Source: an uncultured bacterium (lineage in GTDB: Bacteria > Verrucomicrobiota > Kiritimatiellia > RFP12 > UBA3636). From it: a stretch of DNA of 57,905 bases. The position numbers were made by a program, and so were the translations under genes. The notes beneath the pieces were generated by a model. It was not told the origin of the DNA, ran no database searches, and saw only the letters and a list, made by a program, of their open reading frames with translations. Below are positions 9,539-18,864 of the stretch, piece by piece. The stretch lies in the NCBI GenBank assembly GCA_902793555.1, contig CADBEF010000049.1, positions 1-57,905 on the forward strand, read 5' to 3'. Every line of letters begins with the position of its first letter. The stretch's first letter is position 1.

Positions 9539-10806
9539 CAACATTCGGTGAAACGCGAGAGCTGGCTTTCCACGACTCCGCAAATCCGGTCGTAGACGGG
9601 CGAAGGGCGGATGCGCGCGAGCTCGTCGCGCAGGGCCGGAGCGGCCGCGCGCAGTTTCGCGGCGAGGGCGTCGACGCGGCGCAGGACGACCGCGGGCGCG
9701 ACGCCGAGGTCCTCCGCCAGCCGCACGAAGTCCCCGCGCCCGATCCGGTCGATCCGCTTCTCGCCGCCGACCGACATCGCCGCTTCGCGGGACAGGGCCG
9801 GGTAGACCATCGTGGACACCGCGTCGTAGACCGGCGCAAGCTCCGCCTTGTTCCCCCGGTAGAGGACGGCGAAGTTCTTGGCATGGGCGTCCGCGTTGCC
9901 GACCAGCACGTGGAAGGCCACGGCGTCGAGGAAGCGCAGTTCCTGCCGGACGCCGAGCCGCATCGAGCGCAGCAGCGCAACGCACGCGGCGACGGACGGG
10001 CCGCCTTCCGACTCGTATTTCCGCTCGCCGTCCGCGCCGAGCGCCTGGCAGAAGTCCTCCTGGTGGAGCCGCGCGACGCGCCCCGCGGCGTCGCGCGTCC
10101 GGTCGAAGCGCGCGGTCCAGTAGCACGGCGTCCCGCCGACGTCCAGGACGCCGCAGTCCGCGGCCGGCAGCCCGGCCCGGCGGGCGAGCGACATCGCGAA
10201 CCATTCGTTGAAGACGGAGTCCGGCCAGTCGCGCAGCGGCGGCTTGAGGATGTGCGTGGAGGGCGTCCCGAACAACGGCAGGACGACCTTCCCGTCCGCG
10301 ATGCGCGCGACGAGCTTGTCCTGCGCGCCCGAACCGGAAATCCGGTATCCGTCCACACCGCCCGCCCAGAGCGGACGCCGGGGGAGCGCGGCGAGGACTT
10401 CCGCCGCGCGGGCGTCGTCGAGCGCGAGGAGGCGCTCCTCGTCCGGCCCGGGCGCGGCTTCGCCCGGCTTGCGGATCGAAACCGCGCCGGCGCAGTCCGC
10501 GCCGAGCGCCTCTAGGAAGCCGAAGAGGTTGTGGCGCGAAAGGTGCAGCACCGGTCCGAGCTTCTTCCGGACGACCTCCGGCGGCAGCAGGTTCGCGAAG
10601 AACTCCGTCGTGCGCTCCGTCCCGTAGGGCTCGGCGCGGACCGGCAGCGAAAAGGACAGCGCGGGCGCCGCCGGGTCGGCCGCGTAGGCCGGATCGTAGG
10701 CGAACCGCATTTCGTTCCCGCGGGAGGAATAGTCCAGCGTCCCGGCCCGGCGGCCGAGAAGGAAGACGTCGAGGCGTCCGGTGCGGATCGCGGGGGCGGC
10801 CGTCAC
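9538..10806 (-). CDS. hipA: HipA-family serine/threonine kinase toxin (type II TA)
   Basis: RLDVFLLGRRAGTLDY.., ISGSGAQDKL, STHILKPP, FNEWFAMSLARRAGL, RLHQEDFCQAL.. are typical HipA N- and C-domain blocks. GTG 10806 overlaps the hipB stop (GTGA). Confidence 0.85.
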   Translation of the reverse strand: MTAAPAIRTGRLDVFLLGRRAGTLDYSSRGNEMRFAYDPAYAADPAAPALSFSLPVRAEPYGTERTTEFFANLLPPEVVRKKLGPVLHLSRHNLFGFLEALGADCAGAVSIRKPGEAAPGPDEERLLALDDARAAEVLAALPRRPLWAGGVDGYRISGSGAQDKLVARIADGKVVLPLFGTPSTHILKPPLRDWPDSVFNEWFAMSLARRAGLPAADCGVLDVGGTPCYWTARFDRTRDAAGRVARLHQEDFCQALGADGERKYESEGGPSVAACVALLRSMRLGVRQELRFLDAVAFHVLVGNADAHAKNFAVLYRGNKAELAPVYDAVSTMVYPALSREAAMSVGGEKRIDRIGRGDFVRLAEDLGVAPAVVLRRVDALAAKLRAAAPALRDELARIRPSPVYDRICGVVESQLSRFTEC

Positions 10807-11021
10807 AGTCCCCTCGGCTCTTCCAGGGCCAGTCCGATTCCCAGCGTCTCCAGGACGCGGAGGACCTTGCCCGCGTGGAGGGATTCCTTGCCCGCCTCGA
10901 GCTCGACGACGAAGCGCCGGCCGACCCCGGAGAGCTGGGCCAGGTCGAGTTGCGTCGCGCCCTGGTGCTTGCGCGTCGCGGCGACGAACGCTCCGATTTC
11001 CTTCATGGTCTTCATGGTCAT
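10803..11021 (-). CDS. hipB: HipB-like XRE-family HTH antitoxin
   Basis: MTMKTMKEIGAFVAATRKHQGATQLDLAQLSGVGRRFVVELEAGKESLHAGKVLRVLETLGIGL. Placed directly upstream of and overlapping hipA. Start could also be ATG 11015. Confidence 0.8.
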   Translation of the reverse strand: MTMKTMKEIGAFVAATRKHQGATQLDLAQLSGVGRRFVVELEAGKESLHAGKVLRVLETLGIGLALEEPRGL

Positions 11022-11079
11022 GGATGGCTGCGGAACGATGCCCATTCTGCCACATCCGCCCCGCCCGCGCAAGTAAAAA

Positions 11080-11149
11080 GTTCCCGATTGGTAACAAATT
11101 CCGGTAAAACCAGTTTGCCTGCCACGTATATTCCCGTTCGGGAACAAAT
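11080..11149. promoter_or_regulatory. two operator-like 20-nt direct repeats with dyad symmetry upstream of hipB
   Basis: GTTCCCGATTGGTAACAAAT (11080-11099) and ATTCCCGTTCGGGAACAAAT (11130-11149), 50 nt apart. Each has TTCCC-N4/5-GG(G/T)AA dyad symmetry. Confidence 0.45.
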
Positions 11150-11156
11150 CATTGGC

Positions 11157-11184
11157 GCGTGGCGGGGTCTCCACCCCGCCACGC
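11157..11184. repeat. palindrome family 1 copy (GCGTGGCGGGG-TCTCCA-CCCCGCCACGC)
   Basis: Perfect 11-bp arms. It lies between divergent genes (hipB and 11266), so it cannot simply be a terminator. Confidence 0.7.
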
Positions 11185-11206
11185 CGAGATTCGAAAAAGT
11201 TGCATC

Positions 11207-11236
11207 TTGACAGAAAAACGGCGAGGATGCTAGGTT
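11207..11236 (+). promoter_or_regulatory. sigma70-like promoter TTGACA-N18-TAGGTT (extended TGC TAGGTT) for 11266..13104
   Basis: TTGACA 11207-11212, TG at 11228-11229, TAGGTT 11231-11236. GGGAG Shine-Dalgarno before ATG 11266. Confidence 0.5.
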
Positions 11237-11265
11237 TTCGCCGTCGTGCATGAAAGGGAGCCCAG

Positions 11266-13104
11266 ATGGCTGATTTGAGTTCTTTCCCGTCCTTCGTGGC
11301 GCCGCCCGAGGCGGCGGTCTGGAGCCGGGCGCGGGCCGAAGAGCTCGTCGCCCGGTGGTGCGACGCCCTCCTCGCGCGGCAGATCGCGGGGACGGGCGAC
11401 CGGATGCTCGACGGCGCGATCGCGTGCCCCGCGTGCGGCGTCCTGCACGGGCGCGTCGGCGACCTGGCCTACCCGCTGGCCTACCGCTGGACGCGCACGG
11501 GGGACGAGAAGTACCTCGCGGCGGCGGAGCGGGTCGTCGAATGGACGGAGGCCGCGATGCGCCGGGAGGACGGCGGTCTCTACAACGATTTCCAGAGCCA
11601 GTGGTGGGCCATCACCGTGTTCGCGCAGATCGCCCTCGGCAAGACGCTTCTCCGTTTCGGCGACCGGCTGCCCCGGGCCCTGCGCGAACGCTGGAGCGCG
11701 CTCTTCGAGCGGAACACGGACTTCGTCGTCGAGCGGTTCGACGAGTCGTTCGTGGAGTCCACCAACGTGAACTATCCGGCGTCCTTCTGCGAGGCGATGG
11801 CGCTCGCCGGGCGTGTGCTGGGCGACGCCGGCAGGACGGCTCTGGCCCGGTCGATGGCCGACCGCGTGATGAAGTCGTTCCTTCCGGACGGACTTTTCAC
11901 GGGCGAAGGCGCGCCGATGTCGCACCGCTCGCCGCGCGGGCATGCCTACGTCGACCTCGGCTACAACCTGGAGGAGTCGCTGCCGTCGCTGCTCGCGTAT
12001 GCCGAACTCTGCGGCGACGGGCGGATGAAGGACGCCGTCTTCGCCTCGGCGGCCGCGCACGCCGAGTTCCTCCTTCCGGACGGCGGCCTGGACGACTCCT
12101 TCGGGAGCAGGAGCGCGAAGTGGACGTACTACGGCAGCCGCACGTCGGACGGCCTGCTGCCGATCCTCGGCGCCCTCGCCAAGGCGGGCGTGCCGTGGGC
12201 CGCGCGGGCGATGGGGCTCCACCTCGGTCTGCTCGCGCGCTGCACGAACGCCGCCGGCCTTCTGGCGGGCGGCGTGCAGTACGGGGCGGCCGGCGAGCCG
12301 GCGTGCATCCACCATTCGTTCACGCACGCGAAGTCCGTCGTCGACGTCCTCCTGGACGATTCGATCCCCGAGCGGGGCGCCGACGCGCCCCTGCCGCGCG
12401 AACGCGCCTACGGACTCAAGTTCTTCCCCTCGATCGACGTGGCGCTCGCCGCCGTCGGGCCGTGGCGCGTCACGTTCGCGGGCGGAGACTCCTTCGCGCA
12501 GGGCATGACCGGGCTTCGGATTTCCGGCGGCGGGCCGTCGCTCGCGTGGCACGAGGCCGTCGGGCCGCTCGTCGTCGGCACGATGGCGGACTACGCGATC
12601 GTCGAGGCCCGCAACCTGCAGGACCTCCGCCACGAGCGGACGGTCCTTTCGATGACGCCGCGCATCGAGGCGAACGATTCTTCGAGCTCCGCGCGGGACG
12701 CGGACGCCGAGATGGAGGCGACATCCTCCGCGGACGCGGTCGAATGCCGCGCGAAGGGCCGCCTGACGGGCCCGGACGGATCGAACGGCGCGGCCTACGA
12801 ACTCGTGTCGCACGTGGACGGAGCCGCGTTGTCGATCGGCGGCACATGCGAGGCGGACGCTCGCTTCGTGCTTCCCGTCGTCGCGCTCGCTACCGACCGT
12901 ATCGAGATCGGGAACGGCCGCGTCCGGATCGAGCGGGGCAATGCGGTCGTCACGATCGAATCCGACCTGCCGTTCGAGCTCGCGAAGACCGACCGCGGCG
13001 ACCGCGCCTTTTCCCCAATCGCGGGATTCCTCTACGCCTACCTGACGGCCCCTCTCCGCGCCGGCCGCGCGTTCTCCGCGCGGATCGCCGTCGAAAGGAC
13101 CTGA
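11266..13104 (+). CDS. hypothetical cytoplasmic protein (612 aa), possibly alpha/alpha-toroid glycan-active enzyme
   Basis: Long ORF with good SD and G/C third-position bias, and no signal peptide. Only weak resemblance by eye to toroid-type lyases/hydrolases (..YPLAYRWTRTGDEKYLAAAERVVEW..), so function is not supported. Confidence 0.7.
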   Translation: MADLSSFPSFVAPPEAAVWSRARAEELVARWCDALLARQIAGTGDRMLDGAIACPACGVLHGRVGDLAYPLAYRWTRTGDEKYLAAAERVVEWTEAAMRREDGGLYNDFQSQWWAITVFAQIALGKTLLRFGDRLPRALRERWSALFERNTDFVVERFDESFVESTNVNYPASFCEAMALAGRVLGDAGRTALARSMADRVMKSFLPDGLFTGEGAPMSHRSPRGHAYVDLGYNLEESLPSLLAYAELCGDGRMKDAVFASAAAHAEFLLPDGGLDDSFGSRSAKWTYYGSRTSDGLLPILGALAKAGVPWAARAMGLHLGLLARCTNAAGLLAGGVQYGAAGEPACIHHSFTHAKSVVDVLLDDSIPERGADAPLPRERAYGLKFFPSIDVALAAVGPWRVTFAGGDSFAQGMTGLRISGGGPSLAWHEAVGPLVVGTMADYAIVEARNLQDLRHERTVLSMTPRIEANDSSSSARDADAEMEATSSADAVECRAKGRLTGPDGSNGAAYELVSHVDGAALSIGGTCEADARFVLPVVALATDRIEIGNGRVRIERGNAVVTIESDLPFELAKTDRGDRAFSPIAGFLYAYLTAPLRAGRAFSARIAVERT

Positions 13105-13120
13105 GCACGGACCGAGGAAT

Positions 13121-13148
13121 GCCGCCGCGCGACTTCGTCGCGGGCGGC
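13121..13148. terminator. palindrome family 2 hairpin after CDS 11266..13104
   Basis: GCCGCCGCGCGAC-TTC-GTCGCGGGCGGC. Arms identical to 9509-9536. Confidence 0.5.
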
Positions 13149-13163
13149 GGCCGCGTCTCATAT

Positions 13164-13219
13164 TTACCAGATTTTGCGCGCCATATACCTATCCTCCGGC
13201 GAGCCGTCGGGCGTAGAAT
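13164..13219 (+). promoter_or_regulatory. promoter-like element TTTACC-N44-TAGAAT for 13289..15349
   Basis: TTTACC 13164-13169, TAGAAT 13214-13219. AGGAGG SD before ATG 13289. Confidence 0.5.
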
Positions 13220-13288
13220 CGGGGGCGTCCGGCGCGGGCATCGTCCGCGGCGGACGAACGGAAACCCGACCCTGCCAGGAGGCTCCCC

Positions 13289-15349
13289 ATGAAACGCATC
13301 GCAAGGAGGAACGCCGTCGCCCTCGCGGCGACTATCGCGTCGTGCACGCTGCTCGCCCCGCTTCCGGCGCAGGCCGGCAGCGCGGTCGCGGACGGGACGG
13401 ACTACGTCGTCTCGGCCGATTCGGGCGAATCATACAAGGTCGAGGCGGCGATTGACGGCTATGCGCGGGTCGTCAAGAAGGGCGCCGGCAAGGTGGAGCT
13501 GTGGACGACAACCCTGGAGTATGCCGGCGACGTGGTGATCGAGGAAGGTTCGCTCTACTTCGTAACCGTAGGGCAGAACGTACACCACCTCAACGGAACC
13601 CTGACCGGCAGCGGGACAGGCTCGTCGCAAATCTTCCGGAAACAGGGGGCGGGCACGCTGTACGTGAACGGCGCCGTCGATCTCCCGCGCGACGTGCAGG
13701 TCGACCAAGGGCTCCTGGCCATGACCAGTACGGCCTCGCGCGTGTTTGGCAATTCGTTCGTCCAGAAAGGCGGAAGCCGCGTGCAGATCGGTGACGGACA
13801 TGCGCTTTTTAAAAATAAGATTTATCTAGGCCTTGGCAACAACAATGGCGTTTTCCATCAGACGGGCGGCCTGTTGGGCGTGACGGGCGAAGCAGTAGTT
13901 GGCGGCAACAAGAGTGACACCCGTGACACAGGAGCAGGACATTGGGTGATGTCGGGCGGCGAAGCCTATGTGAGCAACACCGTCTATGTCGCGTATGCTG
14001 CCGGCAATTTCGGCAGCTTTATCCAGACGGGCGGACTCTTCAAGCTGGAGGGCGGAACCTTTAGCGCCGGTCGCGGCGGTTCGGCCGTGTTCCACCTGGC
14101 CGGCGGCACGAACGACACGCGGGTCGTGCAGGGCGGGCAGAACGTACGCTTTTATCTCAGCGACTATGGTGGCTCTTCTGACGTCACGGTGTCGGGCGAA
14201 GGGACGCTACTCGCGACCGAGAAGCTCCGGTTCGCGGGCGGCGGAACGATTTCCACGAACATTTTCAACGTAAAGGACGGCGCGACGGTGAAAGCGGCAC
14301 GCTTCTTCAAGCAACAGTCAGCAAACGCGGCTACCCGTATCACCGTCAACGCCGACGGTGGAACGCTGATGCCGACATTCGGATATGACTGGACCGATGC
14401 GGGGCTGTCCGATGCGAAATACTGTCCGGACCATTTCGTCGTCTGGAAGAAGGGTCTTGTCATCGACACGTCGGAATCCACCGGTACCAAACCCGCGAGC
14501 CAAATGCCATTCTCGTTCGCGTCGCCGACCGGCAAGGGCGTGGAGTCGATCGCGCTGCCGACCGATGGGGACTACACGACGGCGGCCTACATCGGCCCCG
14601 CGCGCATCGTGTTCGAGGACGAGACCGGTTGGGGCGCGAGCGCCTACGCCGAGTACGACTACGACGCGAAGAGGCACACGCGCATCGTCCTCACCTCGCG
14701 CGGATGCGACTACAGCGACAATGCGAAGGCGTACGTGGAGAGCCCCGACCGCAAGACGCGCTGGGAATGCGCGCTTACGCTCTCCGACAACGCGGGGCTG
14801 GGCGGCGAGCTGGTGAAGCGCGGAACGCACGATCTCCACCTCTATGCCACCAACACGACCACGGGCGGCCTCGCGGTGGAGGAGGGGACGCTCTTCGCGG
14901 AGACGGCCGGCGTCGTCCCGCGCGGAACGCCCGTGCGCGTGGAGCACGGCGCGATGCTGTGGCTGCCGGACGACACCCCGATCACGCTCTCCACGTTCAC
15001 GGGCGCGGGCACGCTGGCGGACGGGACGGGGCGGGGCGTCGCGGTCACGGTGACGAACGCCGTGCGCGCCTCGTGCGCGGACCTGTTCGCGGGCCGGTAC
15101 GAGGCGTTCCCCGATGACCTCACGTTCGCGCCCGGCGCGACGTTCACGATCACGGACCCGGAGAACCTGGCGACGTACTCCCACAATCCCGCGGTCACGG
15201 CGTTCACGGCCCGCCACGTGGTCGGCGCGCCCCGGCTGGCGTTCGAGGGCGACGTGCCGCCCGGTTCGGGGATCTGGAGCCTCACCGCGAGGGGCGTTGG
15301 AAGATACACGCTCGGCCCGGTTCTCGGCACGCTCATCCTGGTCCGGTAG
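13289..15349 (+). CDS. secreted autotransporter-associated beta-strand (PATR) repeat protein
   Basis: Signal peptide MKRIARRNAVALAATIASCTLLAPLPAQA. Repeats of the type KKGAGKVELW..YAGDVVIEEGSLYF, RKQGAGTLYVNG, VKRGTHDLHLYATNTTTGGLAVEEGTLFA. Ends ..GPVLGTLILVR. Confidence 0.8.
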   Translation: MKRIARRNAVALAATIASCTLLAPLPAQAGSAVADGTDYVVSADSGESYKVEAAIDGYARVVKKGAGKVELWTTTLEYAGDVVIEEGSLYFVTVGQNVHHLNGTLTGSGTGSSQIFRKQGAGTLYVNGAVDLPRDVQVDQGLLAMTSTASRVFGNSFVQKGGSRVQIGDGHALFKNKIYLGLGNNNGVFHQTGGLLGVTGEAVVGGNKSDTRDTGAGHWVMSGGEAYVSNTVYVAYAAGNFGSFIQTGGLFKLEGGTFSAGRGGSAVFHLAGGTNDTRVVQGGQNVRFYLSDYGGSSDVTVSGEGTLLATEKLRFAGGGTISTNIFNVKDGATVKAARFFKQQSANAATRITVNADGGTLMPTFGYDWTDAGLSDAKYCPDHFVVWKKGLVIDTSESTGTKPASQMPFSFASPTGKGVESIALPTDGDYTTAAYIGPARIVFEDETGWGASAYAEYDYDAKRHTRIVLTSRGCDYSDNAKAYVESPDRKTRWECALTLSDNAGLGGELVKRGTHDLHLYATNTTTGGLAVEEGTLFAETAGVVPRGTPVRVEHGAMLWLPDDTPITLSTFTGAGTLADGTGRGVAVTVTNAVRASCADLFAGRYEAFPDDLTFAPGATFTITDPENLATYSHNPAVTAFTARHVVGAPRLAFEGDVPPGSGIWSLTARGVGRYTLGPVLGTLILVR

Positions 15350-15479
15350 GACTCCGTCGGGATCCGTCCGCGCACGAAGTCCGTCCTTTCGCTTGGGCGA
15401 CATCCTCGGGGCCTCCTGCGACGCGCGGTCCTTCGTCTGCCGCATCCGCCTGGACGCGTAACGGGGGTTCTTGCTCGGA

Positions 15480-15535
15480 TTTACCTATTTTTGGTCGAAC
15501 TGTCCTTGTTGTCGCGAGGCGGGAGGCGCTATGAT
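15480..15535 (+). promoter_or_regulatory. promoter-like element TTTACC-N44-TATGAT for 15604..17964
   Basis: TTTACC 15480-15485, TATGAT 15530-15535. Confidence 0.45.
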
Positions 15536-15603
15536 AGCGGACTCGTGGCGGGGGACGTCGTCCCGCCCGCCGCGTCCAGGCAATCCGCAAACGGGAACGC
15601 CCC

Positions 15604-17964
15604 ATGAAAACCAAGATTCTTCTGACGCTTTCCACCGTCCTCCTCGCAATCGCCGCCGACGCCGCGACGGATGTCTCCTGGAACTCGGTGGAGATGGACC
15701 GGGGGGGGCGCTCGATCGTCACCAACGGCACGCTCGCCTACGCCTGGTGCCAGTCGAACGGCGGCGCCGCCGTCACGAACACGGTCAACGGCGTTCCGTT
15801 CGTCGGCCGCCAGGACCTCGCCGGATGTGCCGACTTCGCCCTTTCGGGCGAATGGCTCTGGGACGACGGCGGAACGTCGCTCGTCTCCCAAGACGTCGCC
15901 TACTCCAACCTGCTGGCGCACGGCTGGTGGTCGCGGATCGACGACACGACGCGGCGCAAGGACGTAGACCTCCAGCTGAAGAACCTCACGCCCGGCGCGA
16001 CGTACCTGGTCCAGTTCATCCTGGCCAGCCAGAAGACGTCCCCGGTGAGCGCCCCCGGCAACACCTGGGCCTACGCGCCGGGGGGCGGCTCCGTCTACGC
16101 CCGCCCGATCGGCTACGGCGGCTCGCTGGTCGGGACCTTCATCGCCGAGAGCGCGACCGAATCGTTCACGATCCGCTACGAGGACGCGAACGCCTTCTTC
16201 AACGCGATCCAGGTCCGCAAGATCGTGTCGGGCGCCTATCCGACGATCGGATCCGTTTCCGTCCGGACGGAATGGAAAACGGCGACGATCACGCTCGCGG
16301 ATGTCGGGATGGGCACGGACGAGGACGGCCACCCCGCGACGAAGTATTCCGTCTCCTACAGCCTGAACGGCGGCGAGCCGGTGACGGTCCTCCGCGACCA
16401 GGACGGCGAGACGGCCGAGTTCTCCCTTTCGAACCTGGCCGACGGCGACTACGTCTGCACGGTGACGATCGCGAGCGACAAGGGCAAGACGTCGCTCCCG
16501 GCCTCCGTCTCCTTCGAGATTTTCGCCACGGTCGGCAATTTCGATACGCTCAAGGCGAACATCGAGGGGGCGGCCGACGGCGCGACGGTCGTCGTGCCCC
16601 GCGGCATCTACACGGCGACGTCGCCCATCGCGGTCACGGCGAACGGCCTGACGGTCGTTTCCGCGGCCGGCAAGACCAAAGCGGTCCTGGACGGCGGTTC
16701 CGCCTTCGGCCTGTTCAACGTCACGGGAACGGGCTTTTCCGTGCGCGGCCTCACCTTCAAGAACGGCCGCTCGGACAAAGGCGGCGCAATCAAGCTCGAC
16801 GGTGCGGCAGTCGTCTCGTCGGCGACGATCGCCGACTGCGATTTCGTCGGCTGCACGGCGCGCTTCGGCGGCGCGATCTACGCCCTCGACGAAACGCACG
16901 CGGACTTCGGCGCGCGTTCCGACTACGGCCTCGTCGACGGGTGCTCGTTCGTCCGGTGCGGAACGTCCTGGACCGAAATGTGGAACGCCGGCGGCGCGAT
17001 CTACGGTTCGCTCTGGATCGAGAACTCGGCGTTCGACGCCTGCTACGTCGAACCAAACGCCAGCCGGGGGCAGACCTCCGTCGCCGCGACGAGCCACGCG
17101 ACCGTCTCGAACTGCGTCTTCCGGAACCAGACGCTCCGCTCGTACGGCGGCGGGCTGGCCGGAACGTCGTTCAGCGCCAACAACAGCGACTACCCGAACG
17201 CCGCCGTCCGCCTCGTCGGCTGCACGATCGCCGGCAACGTGCTCGATTCCTCGAACGCCGGGCTCTTCTACGGCCGCGCCTGGGTCGACCGCTGCGTGGT
17301 TTCGAACACGACGACGACGATCAACACGTCCTCGAGCGGAAGCAACCTTCCGTCCCTCTTCCGGTCTCCGGACGCGTCCGTCGCCAAGGTCACCAGCACG
17401 CTCTTCATCGACAACAAGTTCCCGTTCAAGCTGGGCAGCATTCCGTCCCTCGCGAACTGCACGTTCGTCCAGAACGTCGGCGGCCTCGCCTACTTCCAGG
17501 GCGATTCGTCGGTCCCCGCGATCACCAACTGCGTGTTCTGGGACAACCTGCCGAAGACCGACGGCTGGCCGTGGAACCGGAGCTACAAGGGCGCGCCCGG
17601 CCTCTACTGGTGCGAAAACCCCGTCGACAACAACCCGCTCCTGCCTTCCGTGATCCAAATCGCGAACACGGTGGTCGAAGGCGGAAGCACCAACGCCGTC
17701 GCCGCGGTCCTCGCGTGCGATCCGTCGGGCGCGTCCGCGCGGATCACGGCGGCCTGCGACGAAAAGGGCGTCCGTTTCGCGAAGCCGGACAAGGGAGACT
17801 GGTCGCCGCGCGCGAAGTCGCCGCTGAAGGACGCCGGCGTCCTCTGCGACTGGATGGCCGGCGCGCGCGACCTCGCGGGCCGTCCCCGCGTCTTCAACGG
17901 CGCGCCCGACGTCGGCTGCTGCGAGCACTTCGGCGAACCGCCGACGATCCTGATCCTGCGATGA
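15604..17964 (+). CDS. secreted protein: CBM-like module + Ig-like module + right-handed beta-helix region
   Basis: Signal peptide MKTKILLTLSTVLLAIAADA. One CBM-like module (..IVTNGTLAYAW..LLAHGWW..LQLKNLTPGATYLVQF..FFNAIQVRKI) and one Ig-like module (..ATKYSVSYSLNGG..ADGDYVCTVTIASDKGKT..). Then repeated GGAIKLDG / GGAIYALD / GGAIYGSL beta-helix-type turns. Ends ..PPTILILR. Confidence 0.85.
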   Translation: MKTKILLTLSTVLLAIAADAATDVSWNSVEMDRGGRSIVTNGTLAYAWCQSNGGAAVTNTVNGVPFVGRQDLAGCADFALSGEWLWDDGGTSLVSQDVAYSNLLAHGWWSRIDDTTRRKDVDLQLKNLTPGATYLVQFILASQKTSPVSAPGNTWAYAPGGGSVYARPIGYGGSLVGTFIAESATESFTIRYEDANAFFNAIQVRKIVSGAYPTIGSVSVRTEWKTATITLADVGMGTDEDGHPATKYSVSYSLNGGEPVTVLRDQDGETAEFSLSNLADGDYVCTVTIASDKGKTSLPASVSFEIFATVGNFDTLKANIEGAADGATVVVPRGIYTATSPIAVTANGLTVVSAAGKTKAVLDGGSAFGLFNVTGTGFSVRGLTFKNGRSDKGGAIKLDGAAVVSSATIADCDFVGCTARFGGAIYALDETHADFGARSDYGLVDGCSFVRCGTSWTEMWNAGGAIYGSLWIENSAFDACYVEPNASRGQTSVAATSHATVSNCVFRNQTLRSYGGGLAGTSFSANNSDYPNAAVRLVGCTIAGNVLDSSNAGLFYGRAWVDRCVVSNTTTTINTSSSGSNLPSLFRSPDASVAKVTSTLFIDNKFPFKLGSIPSLANCTFVQNVGGLAYFQGDSSVPAITNCVFWDNLPKTDGWPWNRSYKGAPGLYWCENPVDNNPLLPSVIQIANTVVEGGSTNAVAAVLACDPSGASARITAACDEKGVRFAKPDKGDWSPRAKSPLKDAGVLCDWMAGARDLAGRPRVFNGAPDVGCCEHFGEPPTILILR

Positions 17965-18864
17965 AGCCCGAACCCCTCGCCGCCCGCACGGGCGCGACCG
18001 TCGTCCTCGAGACGGACTTCTGCGGCGACGTCGACGACGTCGCCGCGCTCGCGCTGCTCTGCGCCGAGTCGCGGCGTCTCGTGCAACGTGGAGACGCCGC
18101 TCGCCGCGCCGGCCGTGAAGGCGGTCCTCGCCGCGTGGGGCCTGCAGGACGTCCCCGTCGGCGTCACGGACGATCCGCCGCCGCCGAGCGGCAACGAGTC
18201 CCCGTATCTGGCCGCGCTCGCGGCGACGTGGCGGGGTGCGCACCCCGCCACGGCGTGCACCGCGCGCGAGCTCTACCGCCGCGTCTTCGCGGAGGCGGCG
18301 GACGGCTCGGTCGACGTGATCTCGATCGGCTTCTTCAACACGCTCGACGAAGTCCTCGCGGAGGATCCCGCGCTTTTCCGCCGCAAGGTGCGCGCCGTCT
18401 GGGCGATGGCGGGCGGCTTCGGACGGTGCGCGGGCTACGCGGAGACCAACGTCCGGGAGCGTCCGGAGTCCACGCGCCGCTTCCTCGACGCATGGGACGG
18501 CCCGATCGTCTTCGTCGGGTTCGAGTCCGGCGAGAAGGTGGTCACCGACCTTTCCGGCCTGCCGCCGGACTGCGCCGCGCATCCGCTCGCCGAGGCGTTC
18601 CGGCGCTACTGCGGCCCCGGGATGACGCGGCCGAGCTGGGACCCGGTCACCGTCGACCTCGCGGTCCACGGCGAGAACGAGTGCTACGGGCTCGGCGAGC
18701 CGGGGCGCGTCCGCGTGGCGCCGGACCTCTCCACGCCCTTCGCGCCCGACCCCGCGGGCAACGCCCGCGTCCTGCGCCTCCGCGCGCCGGAGGACGCCGT
18801 CTCCGCGCGCATCACCTCGCTCCTGCGCGAGTCGGCCGGTTTCCCGCTCCGGGCTACTTGTTGA
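17961..18864 (+). pseudogene. nucleoside-hydrolase-like (IUNH-fold) gene, frameshifted near 18066-18088
   Basis: ATG 17961 (ATGA overlap with the upstream stop) gives MKPEPLAARTGATVVLETDFCGDVDDVAALALLCAESRR, a DxDxxxDD-type N-terminus. The continuation ..VSCNVETPLAAPAVKAVLAAWGLQDVPVGV.. is in the next frame (ORF 18088..18864). Confidence 0.6.
18227..18252. repeat. palindrome family 1 copy inside a coding region
   Basis: CGTGGCGGGG-TGCGCA-CCCCGCCACG, read in frame as ATWRGAHPATA. Confidence 0.7.

Noticed and set aside
8690-9595. C-terminal ~300 aa of ORF 6275..9595 (Arg/Gly/Pro-rich) as the real end of the GH42-like protein.
   Set aside because: It is compositionally nonsense. The overlapping frame (8643-9488) gives a clean GH42-trimerisation-like sequence, so a frameshift is the simpler reading.
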